Source: an uncultured Sphingomonadales bacterium | Lineage (GTDB): Bacteria; Pseudomonadota; Alphaproteobacteria; Sphingomonadales; Sphingomonadaceae | Assembly (NCBI GenBank): GCA_903834285.1 | Contig: CAILIO010000230.1 | Location: forward strand, 1,937-65,936 | DNA: 64,000 bases | Reading direction: 5' to 3' | Part shown: one piece after another, positions 29,436 to 38,307 of the stretch | Layout: each line of letters opens with the position of its first letter | Numbering within the stretch: the stretch's first letter is position 1 | Notes under the pieces: model-generated | Told to the model about the DNA's origin: nothing | Seen by the model: the letters and a program-made list of their open reading frames with translations, nothing else | Databases searched by the model: none | Made by a program: the position numbers and the translations under genes

Positions 29436-30241
29436 CGCCCGGCGGTGCCAGCCACATTGCTGGCGAGTTGGGTGTAGATGGCCGCCAGCATAGCCACGAA
29501 ATACGTGTAGCCGATCGCCAGCAGTACGCCGGCAACGCCCTCGCCAAGCAAGCGCTGAGGCTCACCCTTGAACATGAGCACTAGCACTACGCCAACGAAC
29601 ATCATGATCAGCCCGTAGACGACCAGAAAGACGAATGCGGCGAGACCGATGAAAAGGAGTATCCGCCCCGCATTGCCACGCGTTAACTGGATGCTGGCGC
29701 GGACGGCCGCAACAGGATTGCGAACCCCCTTCCCTGCAACCACCGGGCCCACAAGCATGGTGCGCATGATCGGATAGAGCAGCAGCCCAAGCGCCACGGA
29801 AACCGCGAGCCGGTCAGGCAGGAGCAGGGCGAGCAAGCTTGCCAGCGCCATCGAAACCGGCAGGATGGCGAGCGCGATGAGCAATTGCGCAGCGAAGTAG
29901 GAGGGCAGAGTACGGATGCTATGCCGGATCGCCTGCGCCACCGTCGGTCTTGCCGTGTCGAGCATGGCCACCAGCATCGTCAGCATCCCGCCCATGGGAA
30001 GCAACGACAGGAGCAGCAGAACCGGCAAGGAGCTTGCGTAATAGTTCTGCATCACCATCAGCACTTGGGCTTCCGACATCTCGGGCGTCATCGCTGGAGA
30101 TGGCACGAAGACGGCACCCACAAGACCCGGAAGCACATAAAATACACCGGCAATGGCCATCAGCAGATCGCGGTTGGCGGCGACCATCCGCGTAGCACTT
30201 GCCCAGGCCGCACTGCTGTCCAAAGTCATCACGGTAGCCAT
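29432..30241 (-). CDS. hypothetical polytopic membrane protein
   Basis: Hydrophobic multi-TM ORF whose stop overlaps the MFS start (ATGA at 29432-29435). Start at ATG 30241 (AAGGG upstream) or 30229. Confidence 0.6.
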   Translation of the reverse strand: MATVMTLDSSAAWASATRMVAANRDLLMAIAGVFYVLPGLVGAVFVPSPAMTPEMSEAQVLMVMQNYYASSLPVLLLLSLLPMGGMLTMLVAMLDTARPTVAQAIRHSIRTLPSYFAAQLLIALAILPVSMALASLLALLLPDRLAVSVALGLLLYPIMRTMLVGPVVAGKGVRNPVAAVRASIQLTRGNAGRILLFIGLAAFVFLVVYGLIMMFVGVVLVLMFKGEPQRLLGEGVAGVLLAIGYTYFVAMLAAIYTQLASNVAGTAGR

Positions 30242-30357
30242 GTCCCTTTCCGCGGCAGCCCTAGCAGGACCGAAACAGATGCGCACCCCCTGCAGCATTG
30301 CAATCAGCTCCACCTCGCCCTTGCCAGCACGCGGGCACGCGTTCATGCGCATGTGCC

Positions 30358-31038
30358 ATGCACGTTCCGGATCAGATAGAGATCAGGCAGGCTCAGGACC
30401 TGATACCATATCGCGAGGCCCTCGTAGACATGACGGCCCGCAACGCCGCCGTGCAAGAAGGCGAGGCCCGCGAGCTGATCTGGCTGCTCGAGCATCCGCC
30501 GGTTTACACGGCAGGAACGAGCGCTGCAGCCGACGAACTGCTCGATCGCCGCTTCGATGTTGTCGAGGCCGGAAGGGGCGGCCGGTATACCTACCACGGC
30601 CCGGGCCAGCGCGTTGGCTATCTGGTCCTCGATCTTGGCAAACGCGCGCGTGATGTGCGCGGCTTTGTCCATGCCGTCGAAGGCTGGGTCATCGATACGC
30701 TCGGCGATTTCGGCGTCCAAGCGTGGCGGGCTGCAGGCCGCGTGGGGATCTGGACCCGCGGTGCCGACGGCGGAGAAGCCAAGATCGGCGCGATCGGAAT
30801 CCGCATTCGTCGCTGGGTGACAATGCACGGGTTCTCGGTGAATCTGGCGCCAGACCTCACGCATTTCGGTGGAATTGTGCCGTGCGGCATCGAAGATTAC
30901 GGCGTCACCAGCCTGGCTGCGCTCGGCATTTCGGTTGCGCCAGAGGAGTGGGATCGGGCATTGCTGGCCCGGACCGAAGCCTTTCTTGCCGGCCTCGAAC
31001 CGCGTGGTGCATCGGGCCCCGAAGCCAAGGACCTTTAA
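30358..31038 (+). CDS. lipB: lipoyl(octanoyl) transferase LipB
   Basis: [48 protein letters not shown] signatures. Start at ATG 30358. Confidence 0.92.
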   Translation: MHVPDQIEIRQAQDLIPYREALVDMTARNAAVQEGEARELIWLLEHPPVYTAGTSAAADELLDRRFDVVEAGRGGRYTYHGPGQRVGYLVLDLGKRARDVRGFVHAVEGWVIDTLGDFGVQAWRAAGRVGIWTRGADGGEAKIGAIGIRIRRWVTMHGFSVNLAPDLTHFGGIVPCGIEDYGVTSLAALGISVAPEEWDRALLARTEAFLAGLEPRGASGPEAKDL

Positions 31039-31379
31039 TGATCCCACTACTGCCCTTCCGGCCTCTGATTCTTGCCCTTGCCCCGCTGCTGCTGCTCGGT
31101 GCCTGCGGCAAATCATCCGCACCCCAGGCGAGCTCGACCGCGAGCGGGGAAATCCTCCCGGGCTCGGTAAGCGACGCCATGCTCGAGACCGATCGGTCGC
31201 AGGCCCAGGCGCCATTGGCTCCGGCCGCGCACAGTAGCGCGGCAAAGGCCGATTCTAGCGCTACCGGCGACTCCTCGGCTGCTGCCGCCGACGCCGCCGC
31301 GCCTACCGAAGCCGCCGCGGCCGACCCGGAAGCGCCCAAGCCCAAGCCGCAGGCGAGTCCGAAGCCGGCGACACCCTGA
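31038..31379 (+). CDS. small Ala/Ser/Pro-rich lipoprotein
   Basis: [23 protein letters not shown] has a lipobox L-G-A-C. The rest is low-complexity. ATG overlaps the lipB stop (TAATG). Confidence 0.6.
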   Translation: MIPLLPFRPLILALAPLLLLGACGKSSAPQASSTASGEILPGSVSDAMLETDRSQAQAPLAPAAHSSAAKADSSATGDSSAAAADAAAPTEAAAADPEAPKPKPQASPKPATP

Positions 31380-31382
31380 ATT

Positions 31383-32267
31383 CTACTCTATACCGAGAAG
31401 CGCCTTCGCTTGGCGCAAGTGCGGCTGATCCAGCATCCGTCCGTTCAGCTGAAGCGCCCCAATCCCCGGATTTGCAGCGAAGACATCGACAATGGCCCGC
31501 GCGTGGGCGAGTTCTTCTTCGGAGGGCGTGAAGGCGGCATTGATCAGCGGGACTTGGGCAGGGTGGATCGCAAGCATGCCGGCAAATCCGTCCGCGCGGG
31601 CCGCCGCTGCCGCGCGCTTCGTCCCCTCAATATCCCGGAAGTCCGCGTAGAGCGTGTCAATCGCCCACACACCGCGGGCGTGCGCAACCAGCAAAGTCTG
31701 GGCCCGCACGAAGCGGAAGGCATCCGTCCATTGACCGTCAGCGTCTCGCTTGCGCGCTGCCCCAAGCTCGGCGGAGAGATCTTCCGCCCCCCAGGTGAGC
31801 CCGGCCAACCGGGGCATCGAAGCGTCCATATATGCCGTAATGGTCAGCGCGGCGCGGGGCGTCTCACTTACCAGCGGCAAGAGGCGGGTCTGGCCGTTGG
31901 GTATGCCATGGCGCTGTTCTAGCTCGTAGATCTCGGCTGCCACCTGCCGGATCTGCTCAGGCCCTTCGGCCTTGGGCAGCATGATTCCCTCCGGCGCACC
32001 CGGCATCACGGCGGCAAGATCCTCGCGCCAAAGACCGGTTTCGACAGCGTTGATGCGCACCCAGCGCGCCTGCTTGCGCATCGTGATCTGGCGCTTGTGC
32101 GCCTCCAGCCAGTCGCGCGCTATGCGGCGCGCGGCAGGCTTGGCATGCAAAGTGACTGCGTCTTCCAGATCAACGATCAGCGCGTGAGCGCCAGTCTCCG
32201 GCGTCTTGAGCAGCTTCTTCTCGCTATCACCGGGCACAAACAGCCAGGATCGCGGAATCGTGCGCAT
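31383..32267 (-). CDS. HpcH/HpaI aldolase / citrate-lyase beta subunit-like CoA ester lyase (CitE family)
   Basis: RSWLFVPGDSEKKLLK ... ALIVDLEDAV ... IHPAQVPLINAAF is the typical CitE/malyl-CoA lyase-like pattern. Confidence 0.8.
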   Translation of the reverse strand: MRTIPRSWLFVPGDSEKKLLKTPETGAHALIVDLEDAVTLHAKPAARRIARDWLEAHKRQITMRKQARWVRINAVETGLWREDLAAVMPGAPEGIMLPKAEGPEQIRQVAAEIYELEQRHGIPNGQTRLLPLVSETPRAALTITAYMDASMPRLAGLTWGAEDLSAELGAARKRDADGQWTDAFRFVRAQTLLVAHARGVWAIDTLYADFRDIEGTKRAAAAARADGFAGMLAIHPAQVPLINAAFTPSEEELAHARAIVDVFAANPGIGALQLNGRMLDQPHLRQAKALLGIE

Positions 32268-32305
32268 CGTAGGCTCCTATCGGCTCTTCGGGTCGCGCTG
32301 CAGGC

Positions 32306-33415
32306 TCAAGCGGTGGCTCGGGCCTGTTCCTCCACAAGCGTCGGATAGTCGATATATCCAGCCTCGCCCGGGAAGTACCACGTCTGCGGCACGCCGACAT
32401 TTGGCGCGAGCGCCGCGCCGAGACGAATGCGGTCCACAAGGTCGGGATTCGAGATGTAGGGCCTGCCAAAGCTGACCGCATCCGCGCGTCCGGAGGCGAC
32501 ATCGGCCGCCGCACCTTCGGGCGTATAGTCGCTGTTAAGCACCAGCGGTCCGGAATAGTGTGCGCGGAAAACCTGATCCTGGGGCGGCACGGTCGTCGCG
32601 CCGAATGTACCGTCCGGGCCCGGTTGGCGCAATTCGATGAACGAGACCTTGAGCACCTCGAGTACCCGTGCAGCTTCGGCAAAGAGGGTGGCGGGGTCGC
32701 TATCGTCAACGCCCTGGCTCTCGCCATTGGGTGACAGGCGGATCGACACACGATCCGCACCCCAAATGGAGACAAGCCGCTCCATCACCTCGCGCATCAG
32801 CCGCACCCGGTTCGCCGGGCTGCCGCCGTAATCGTCAGCCCGAAGATTCGAGGAATCGCGCAGGAACTGGTCAATCAGGTAGCCGTTCGCGCCGTGGAGT
32901 TGCACACCATCGAACCCGGCGCGTTTTGCATTCTCCGCAGCGTGGCCGTAGTCATCGACGACCCGCGGCATCTCGTCGAGGCGTAGCGGTCGGGCCTCGA
33001 CATTGTCCATGCGGCCTTCGGGTGTATGTGCGTGCCCCGGGGCCTTCGTGGCAGAGGCGGAAACGGGCAATTCACCGCCAAGGAAATAGGGATGAACGAT
33101 CCGCCCCATGTGCCACAGCTGCAGGATGATGCGGCCGCCCGCTGCATGGACCGCATCGGTCACCGGCTTCCATGCCTCGACTTGTGCATCGCTCCAAATC
33201 CCCGGCGCGCTGGGCCATCCGGAGCCTTCACGGCTGATCCCGGTTGCCTCGCTGATGATCAGGCCGGCGCCGGCGCGCTGACGATAATACGTCTGCATGA
33301 TCTCGGTCGGCACACCATCGGGTCCAGCGCGACCGCGGGTCAGCGGTGCCATCAGGATGCGGTTCGGCGCGGCAATCGCACCAAGCTGGATCGGCTGGAA
33401 AAGCGATTCGTGCAT
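32306..33415 (-). CDS. Old Yellow Enzyme family NADH:flavin oxidoreductase / alkene reductase (NemA-like)
   Basis: LFQPIQLGAIAAPNRILMAPLTRGRA ... GFDGVQLHGANGYLIDQFL ... RADDYGGS are OYE signatures. Confidence 0.9.
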   Translation of the reverse strand: MHESLFQPIQLGAIAAPNRILMAPLTRGRAGPDGVPTEIMQTYYRQRAGAGLIISEATGISREGSGWPSAPGIWSDAQVEAWKPVTDAVHAAGGRIILQLWHMGRIVHPYFLGGELPVSASATKAPGHAHTPEGRMDNVEARPLRLDEMPRVVDDYGHAAENAKRAGFDGVQLHGANGYLIDQFLRDSSNLRADDYGGSPANRVRLMREVMERLVSIWGADRVSIRLSPNGESQGVDDSDPATLFAEAARVLEVLKVSFIELRQPGPDGTFGATTVPPQDQVFRAHYSGPLVLNSDYTPEGAAADVASGRADAVSFGRPYISNPDLVDRIRLGAALAPNVGVPQTWYFPGEAGYIDYPTLVEEQARATA

Positions 33416-33670
33416 CGACTAGGCTCCTTCTCGGAAATGGGCATTCTGAAACAAATAGAACGATTGCGCTGTGCGCATGGAACTCGACGTAGACAGGCTT
33501 GGGAAACCTTGAGGGGCGCTCTATGGCCAAGATCGAAAATGAGGCATCGCCTGATCGGCGTCAGCCCCCTAACGTGTTAGCCTGACCCCGTCGCGCCCGA
33601 CAGGGTTTCCATTTGCAACCCAGCTAGGATGCCGGTGTCCGCATGACAAGCGCGAGTTGAACGGCGGACC

Positions 33671-34567
33671 ATGACGAGCATCGACGACAGGCGCGACGTC
33701 GCGCGCGCCAATCCCTGGCATTTTGTGGCGCTGCTGGGCGGCAACTTTGCTCTCGGGCTTGGACCATGGTTTGTGCGCCTCGCGGACTCGGGCCCGGTTT
33801 CAGCCGGCTTCTGGCGCTTGTTTCTGCCTCTCCCGCTCCTCGCCTTGCTGGCGGCCCGGCAGCGTGCGGCTGTCCGGCCGGTGACTCCGATGGTGACCTG
33901 GCTCCTGATCATCCTGGCAGGGGTATTGTTTGCTCTCGATCTGGCGAGTTGGCACATCGGGATTGCCCAAACGCGGCTCGGGAATGCGTCTCTATTCGGA
34001 AACTCGGGGAGCCTGATTCTCATGGCGTGGGGTCTCATTGCCGCGCGCCGGTTACCAAAACCTGTGGAGCTCGCGGCCATCATCTCGGCTGTCTGCGGGG
34101 CGGGCATTCTGCTGGGGCGATCGCTGGAGATCGACCGCGCCACCTTAATCGGGGATCTTTTCTGCATACTCGCGGGGATCTTCTACTTTTTCTACATTCT
34201 CCTGCTCCAGAGTGCGCGTGGCCGGTTCGAAAGCTGGGAACTGTTGTTTGCCTCGACCTTGGCCAGCGCCCCGGTGATGCTGGGAATCGCGATAGGACTT
34301 GGCGAGCCAATCTGGCCGCACGTGTGGTGGCCATTGATCGCACTGGCCTTTTGCAGCCAGGTCGTTGGGCAGGGACTCATCGTTTTTGCCCTGCGCCATT
34401 TTTCCGCGCTGATCATCGGCGTTGTACTGCTGACCCAGCCGGCGATTTCAATTCTGGCTGGTTGGCTCGCATTTGGCGAGACTTTGGGCCCGCTCGACGC
34501 ACTGGGCATGGCACTCATCGCTGCCGCGCTGCTCCTCGGGCGATTGAGCGAAAGCGGAGAGCGTTGA
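33671..34567 (+). CDS. DMT-superfamily (EamA-like) transporter
   Basis: About 10 TM helices in two EamA-like halves. 298 aa. Confidence 0.8.
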   Translation: MTSIDDRRDVARANPWHFVALLGGNFALGLGPWFVRLADSGPVSAGFWRLFLPLPLLALLAARQRAAVRPVTPMVTWLLIILAGVLFALDLASWHIGIAQTRLGNASLFGNSGSLILMAWGLIAARRLPKPVELAAIISAVCGAGILLGRSLEIDRATLIGDLFCILAGIFYFFYILLLQSARGRFESWELLFASTLASAPVMLGIAIGLGEPIWPHVWWPLIALAFCSQVVGQGLIVFALRHFSALIIGVVLLTQPAISILAGWLAFGETLGPLDALGMALIAAALLLGRLSESGER

Positions 34568-34652
34568 TTCGTGACCAACCCACAGCCTCCGAAGCCTGTT
34601 GCCACGAGGGTGAAAGTCGTACGACACAGCATTTCGAGGATATTTTTATTGC

Positions 34653-34685
34653 GTTGCAGCATACGCCGCTGCGACCGCGCTTTTC
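34653..34685 (+). terminator. putative terminator after the DMT transporter gene
   Basis: GUUGCAGC (34653-34660), loop AUACGCC, GCUGCGAC (34668-34675; one G.U), followed by CGCGCUUUUCU. Confidence 0.4.
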
Positions 34686-34913
34686 TGCCAACCAATCGTG
34701 TTTTCGATGAAAAAATTGGTCACTTCACTGCTGGAACGGCTCGCCTGGCCCCGTGGTTCGCTACTGCAACAAAACCGAGGGGCGACCTGCTTGCCACCGC
34801 TTTCATTCCGCTTGCATGACGTAGCCGAAATATCCTTGCAATCTGATGCTTTTGTGTGGAGTGAGGCAGTTTAGTTACAACGGCAATCCGTTTGTCCAAG
34901 GGGATCGGTTTAG

Positions 34914-36014
34914 ATGAAGCCAATCAAGGTCGCAGTGATCGGCGTGGGCAACTGCGCAAGCTCACTGGTGCAGGGTGTAGAGTTTTACCGCAACACCAAC
35001 TCTTCGGCGGGCCTGATCCATGAGCGGATTGGCGGCTATGGCGCCGGCGACGTCGAGTTCGTCATGGGTGTGGACGTCGATGCCCGCAAGGTCGGCAAGG
35101 ACATTGCCGAGGCCATCTTTGCAGCGCCCAACTGCACGGCCGTGTTCCAGTCGAGCGTGCCTGCCGCGGGCGCCAAGGTCATGATGGGCAAGATCCTCGA
35201 CGGTGTTGCCGACCATATGACCGGCATGGGCGAGCGGGGTTTCATCCTCGCGGATGCGCCTGAAGCCACGCACGAATCGATCGTCGCTGCGCTGCGTGAT
35301 TCCGGCGCCGAGGTCTTGGTGAACTTCCTGCCGGTCGGTTCGGAGACCGCCACCGAATTCTACATGGAATGCGCGCTTGAAGCGGGCGTCGGTGTCGTCA
35401 ACTGCATGCCGGTGTTCATCGCGAGCCGCCCCGAGTGGGAAGCGAAATTCCGTGCCAAGCGTCTTCCGATCGTCGGCGACGATATCAAGGCGCAAGTCGG
35501 CGCAACGATTGTTCACCGGGTGTTGTCGAGCCTATTCGGCGCCCGCGGCGTGACCGTCGAGAAGACTTACCAGCTCAACACCGGTGGCAACACCGACTTC
35601 ATGAACATGCTCGATCGCCAGCGCCTCGGCTCCAAGAAGGAATCCAAGACCGAAGCGGTGCAGGCCATGCTCGCGCAGCGCCTTGCTGACGAGAACATCC
35701 ACGTCGGGCCGTCGGACTATGTGCCCTGGCAGAAGGACAACAAGCTGTGCTTCCTCCGCCTCGAGGGGACGCAGTGGGGCAACGTCCCGATGAACCTTGA
35801 GCTGCGTCTCTCGGTCGAGGACAGCCCGAACTCCGCCGCTTGCGTGATGGATGCAATCCGCTGCTGCAAGATCGCACTAGAGCGCGGCGAAGGCGGAGCC
35901 CTGATCGGTCCCTCGGCCTATTTCTGCAAGCATCCCCCGCAGCAGTTCAACGACGATGTCGCGGCACAGCTGGTCGACGAGTACATCTCGGAAACAGCGC
36001 TCGCCGCCGAGTAA
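34914..36014 (+). CDS. inositol-3-phosphate synthase (myo-inositol-1-phosphate synthase, bacterial/archaeal short type)
   Basis: MKPIKVAVIGVGNCASSLVQGVEFY Rossmann N-terminus, GDDIKAQVGATIVHRVL, NTGGNTDF, SKKESKT. 366 aa, typical of prokaryotic MIPS. Confidence 0.9.
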   Translation: MKPIKVAVIGVGNCASSLVQGVEFYRNTNSSAGLIHERIGGYGAGDVEFVMGVDVDARKVGKDIAEAIFAAPNCTAVFQSSVPAAGAKVMMGKILDGVADHMTGMGERGFILADAPEATHESIVAALRDSGAEVLVNFLPVGSETATEFYMECALEAGVGVVNCMPVFIASRPEWEAKFRAKRLPIVGDDIKAQVGATIVHRVLSSLFGARGVTVEKTYQLNTGGNTDFMNMLDRQRLGSKKESKTEAVQAMLAQRLADENIHVGPSDYVPWQKDNKLCFLRLEGTQWGNVPMNLELRLSVEDSPNSAACVMDAIRCCKIALERGEGGALIGPSAYFCKHPPQQFNDDVAAQLVDEYISETALAAE

Positions 36015-36038
36015 GCGTTCAAACCGTGCAAAGCTGGC

Positions 36039-36067
36039 GGCGCCGGTCCTGGTAAAGGATCGGCGCC
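36039..36067 (+). promoter_or_regulatory. intercistronic stem-loop between the inositol-3-phosphate synthase and nucleotidyltransferase genes
   Basis: GGCGCCGGUCC (36039-36049), loop UGGUAAA, GGAUCGGCGCC (36057-36067). 11-bp stem with one G.U and no clear U-tract. Confidence 0.4.
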
Positions 36068-36108
36068 GTCGGCGTTAAGAGCCCGGGCCCAGAGTGAGGA
36101 CTGAACCC

Positions 36109-36849
36109 ATGGATGCCGTGATCATCGCTGCCGGCTATGGCAGTCGGCTCGCTTCGCTGTCGCCGTCGAAGCCGCTCACGCCGGTCTGCGGGATTCCGCT
36201 GATCGAGATCGGAATCCGGCAGGCCGCTGCTGCCGGCGTGTCGCGGGTCGTCGTGGTGACAGGCCACCGGGCTGAAGCGGTTGAGGCATTCCTCGCCGAA
36301 CTTGCCTCACGCGTGGCGGTAGACATCGAATCGGTTCGCGTGGCCGACTGGAGCAAGCCGAACGGCTACTCGGTCATGGCGGGTGCCGATGCGTGCGAGG
36401 GCGATTATCTGTTGATGATGGCCGATCACATGTTCGACAGCGCCATTCTCGCCGGCTTGCGCAAGGTCGGAAGCGAAAACCGCGACGTCACGCTTGCCAT
36501 CGACAGACGCACCGACAGCCCCCTCGTTGATCCTGACGATGCGACATGGGTCAAGCTCGACGCCGTCGGCTATATCAAGGCTATCGGCAAGACTATTCCC
36601 GAATGGGACGCGGTCGATTGCGGGGCTTTTCTTGCCACGCCGCGCCTTGCCGAGGCAATTGCGGCGGCGATCGCCTCGGGCAAAGCGGGCAGTCTTTCCG
36701 ATGGCATGCAATGGCTTGCAGACCAAGGCCGTGCCGCAACTTACGACATCAAGGGCGCCTGGTGGATGGATGTCGACGACCCGCGCGCCCACACGCTTGC
36801 GGAGGAACTGGCCCCCCGCCATCTCACCGCAGCATTTGCAGCGACCTGA
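36109..36849 (+). CDS. NTP-transferase (nucleotidyltransferase) family protein, candidate inositol-phosphate cytidylyltransferase
   Basis: MDAVIIAAGYGSRL (GxGxRL NTP-binding loop), KPLTPVCGIPLIE, LLMMADHMF. ATG 36109 preceded by GAGGA. The substrate is inferred only from adjacency to the MIPS gene. Confidence 0.75.
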   Translation: MDAVIIAAGYGSRLASLSPSKPLTPVCGIPLIEIGIRQAAAAGVSRVVVVTGHRAEAVEAFLAELASRVAVDIESVRVADWSKPNGYSVMAGADACEGDYLLMMADHMFDSAILAGLRKVGSENRDVTLAIDRRTDSPLVDPDDATWVKLDAVGYIKAIGKTIPEWDAVDCGAFLATPRLAEAIAAAIASGKAGSLSDGMQWLADQGRAATYDIKGAWWMDVDDPRAHTLAEELAPRHLTAAFAAT

Positions 36850-36858
36850 CCGTTCGGC

Positions 36859-37350
36859 TCAGAACTTCTTCACGCCAATGGTGATGAACTGATTGGGGTG
36901 CTCGATATTGACCAGAACCGACCGAAGCGAGGGGGGGCCGAAGAAGATCGTCGGATTGTTGGAAAAGCCGACGGCTTCGCTGGGAATTCCAAAAAGTCCG
37001 CCACGATTGAGCGTGCCCGACGAATCCTCGTCATGATAAATCGCGATCGCGTAGCTCCCGGGATGCGGCACAAACAGGCAGAATCGGGTCTGCCCGGCTG
37101 ATGCCGGGGTGCTCGCAACGTAGAGTGAGCCATTCTTGACCAGAAACCTTTTAGGGTCGTTGGTGTAGAGCGTCGCGGTGATAAGACCCTTGCTGTTGCG
37201 CACGCGATCGACCGTGATGTTGATCCAGGTGTCGCTGGCAGGCCCGATGCAAGCAGGCGCAGCGTGCGCCATTGTTGCAAGCGATCCAGGCGGCGCAACG
37301 AACAACCCCAGCGCAATTGCCAAGGCACGGCGCCACTTCGGCACGATCAT
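36859..37350 (-). CDS. DUF2141-family secreted protein
   Basis: Signal peptide MIVPKWRRALAIALGLFVAPPGSLATMAHA, then NSKGLITATLYTN ... IYHDEDSSGTLNRGGLFGIPSEAVGFSNN, typical DUF2141. Confidence 0.7.
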   Translation of the reverse strand: MIVPKWRRALAIALGLFVAPPGSLATMAHAAPACIGPASDTWINITVDRVRNSKGLITATLYTNDPKRFLVKNGSLYVASTPASAGQTRFCLFVPHPGSYAIAIYHDEDSSGTLNRGGLFGIPSEAVGFSNNPTIFFGPPSLRSVLVNIEHPNQFITIGVKKF

Positions 37351-37640
37351 GACATTATTCCCGAAATCGGCCGCCTCTGGGCGAGGCTGCTCTGTCCGGG
37401 CGGGCAATTGGCAAGCTTTGGCCCGTTCGGCAAGACCAACCTTGCGTTGTATAGCGATGGCCGTCCTTGTGCTAGGTGCGGCTTTGCGCCGAAACGGCCG
37501 AGAATAAGGATATTGCGTGTGGAAAAGCGAGGCATTCGCGCTTGTTCCGCCGATTCGTGACCGGTAATCGCAGAAGGAGATGGTCGCTGCCGCGCGCTTG
37601 AGCGCCAACTGCCGCCTATCCCTGTTTGCGAGTTTTCGTG

Positions 37641-38303
37641 ATGGCTGCGCCGCTGATTGCCCCTTCGATTCTTTCAGCCGATTTTGCCCGGCTTGCCGAA
37701 GAGGTGCGCGCGATCGATGCGGCAGGAGCGGACTGGATCCACGTTGACGTGATGGACGGCCATTTCGTGCCGAACATCACGATCGGGCCCGGCGTGGTCA
37801 AGGCACTGCGCCCCCACAGCGCAAAGCCTTTCGATGTCCATCTGATGATCGCGCCGATTGATCCCTACCTGGAGGCGTTTGCAGCCGCTGGTGCGGATAT
37901 CATCACTGTCCATCCCGAGGCCGGTCCACACATTCACCGTACGGTGCAGGCCATTCATGCGCTGGGCAAGAAGGCGGGCATCGCGCTCAATCCTGCCACC
38001 CCAGCCAAGTTGCTGGATTACCTGATCGACGAAATCGACCTGGTCCTGGTGATGAGTGTAAACCCCGGCTTTGGTGGCCAAAGCTTCATCACCAGCCAGC
38101 TTCGCAAAATCGACGCCTTGCGCAAGATGATCGACAAGACCGGGCGGCCGATCCATCTTGAGGTCGACGGCGGTATCGATGTCCTGACTGCTCGCCAGTG
38201 CACCGACGCAGGAGCCGACGCGCTGGTCGCGGGGACTGCATCGTTCAAAGGCGGCCCTTCGTGCTATGCCGCCAACATCGCCGCACTGAAGGGCGCTGAC
38301 TGA
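37641..38303 (+). CDS. rpe: ribulose-phosphate 3-epimerase
   Basis: [17 protein letters not shown] ... [20 protein letters not shown] ... [14 protein letters not shown] signatures. Confidence 0.95.
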   Translation: MAAPLIAPSILSADFARLAEEVRAIDAAGADWIHVDVMDGHFVPNITIGPGVVKALRPHSAKPFDVHLMIAPIDPYLEAFAAAGADIITVHPEAGPHIHRTVQAIHALGKKAGIALNPATPAKLLDYLIDEIDLVLVMSVNPGFGGQSFITSQLRKIDALRKMIDKTGRPIHLEVDGGIDVLTARQCTDAGADALVAGTASFKGGPSCYAANIAALKGAD

Positions 38304-38307
38304 CGCC

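Noticed and set aside
30723-31037. Upstream part of ORF 30723-31379 overlapping lipB
   Set aside because: Only the portion from ATG 31038 (signal peptide plus lipobox) looks genuine. The upstream part is an out-of-frame read-through of lipB.
33766-34710. 314-aa same-strand alternative-frame ORF overlapping the DMT transporter
   Set aside because: The translation is Arg/Gly/Pro-rich, whereas the 33671 frame gives a regular 10-TM transporter.
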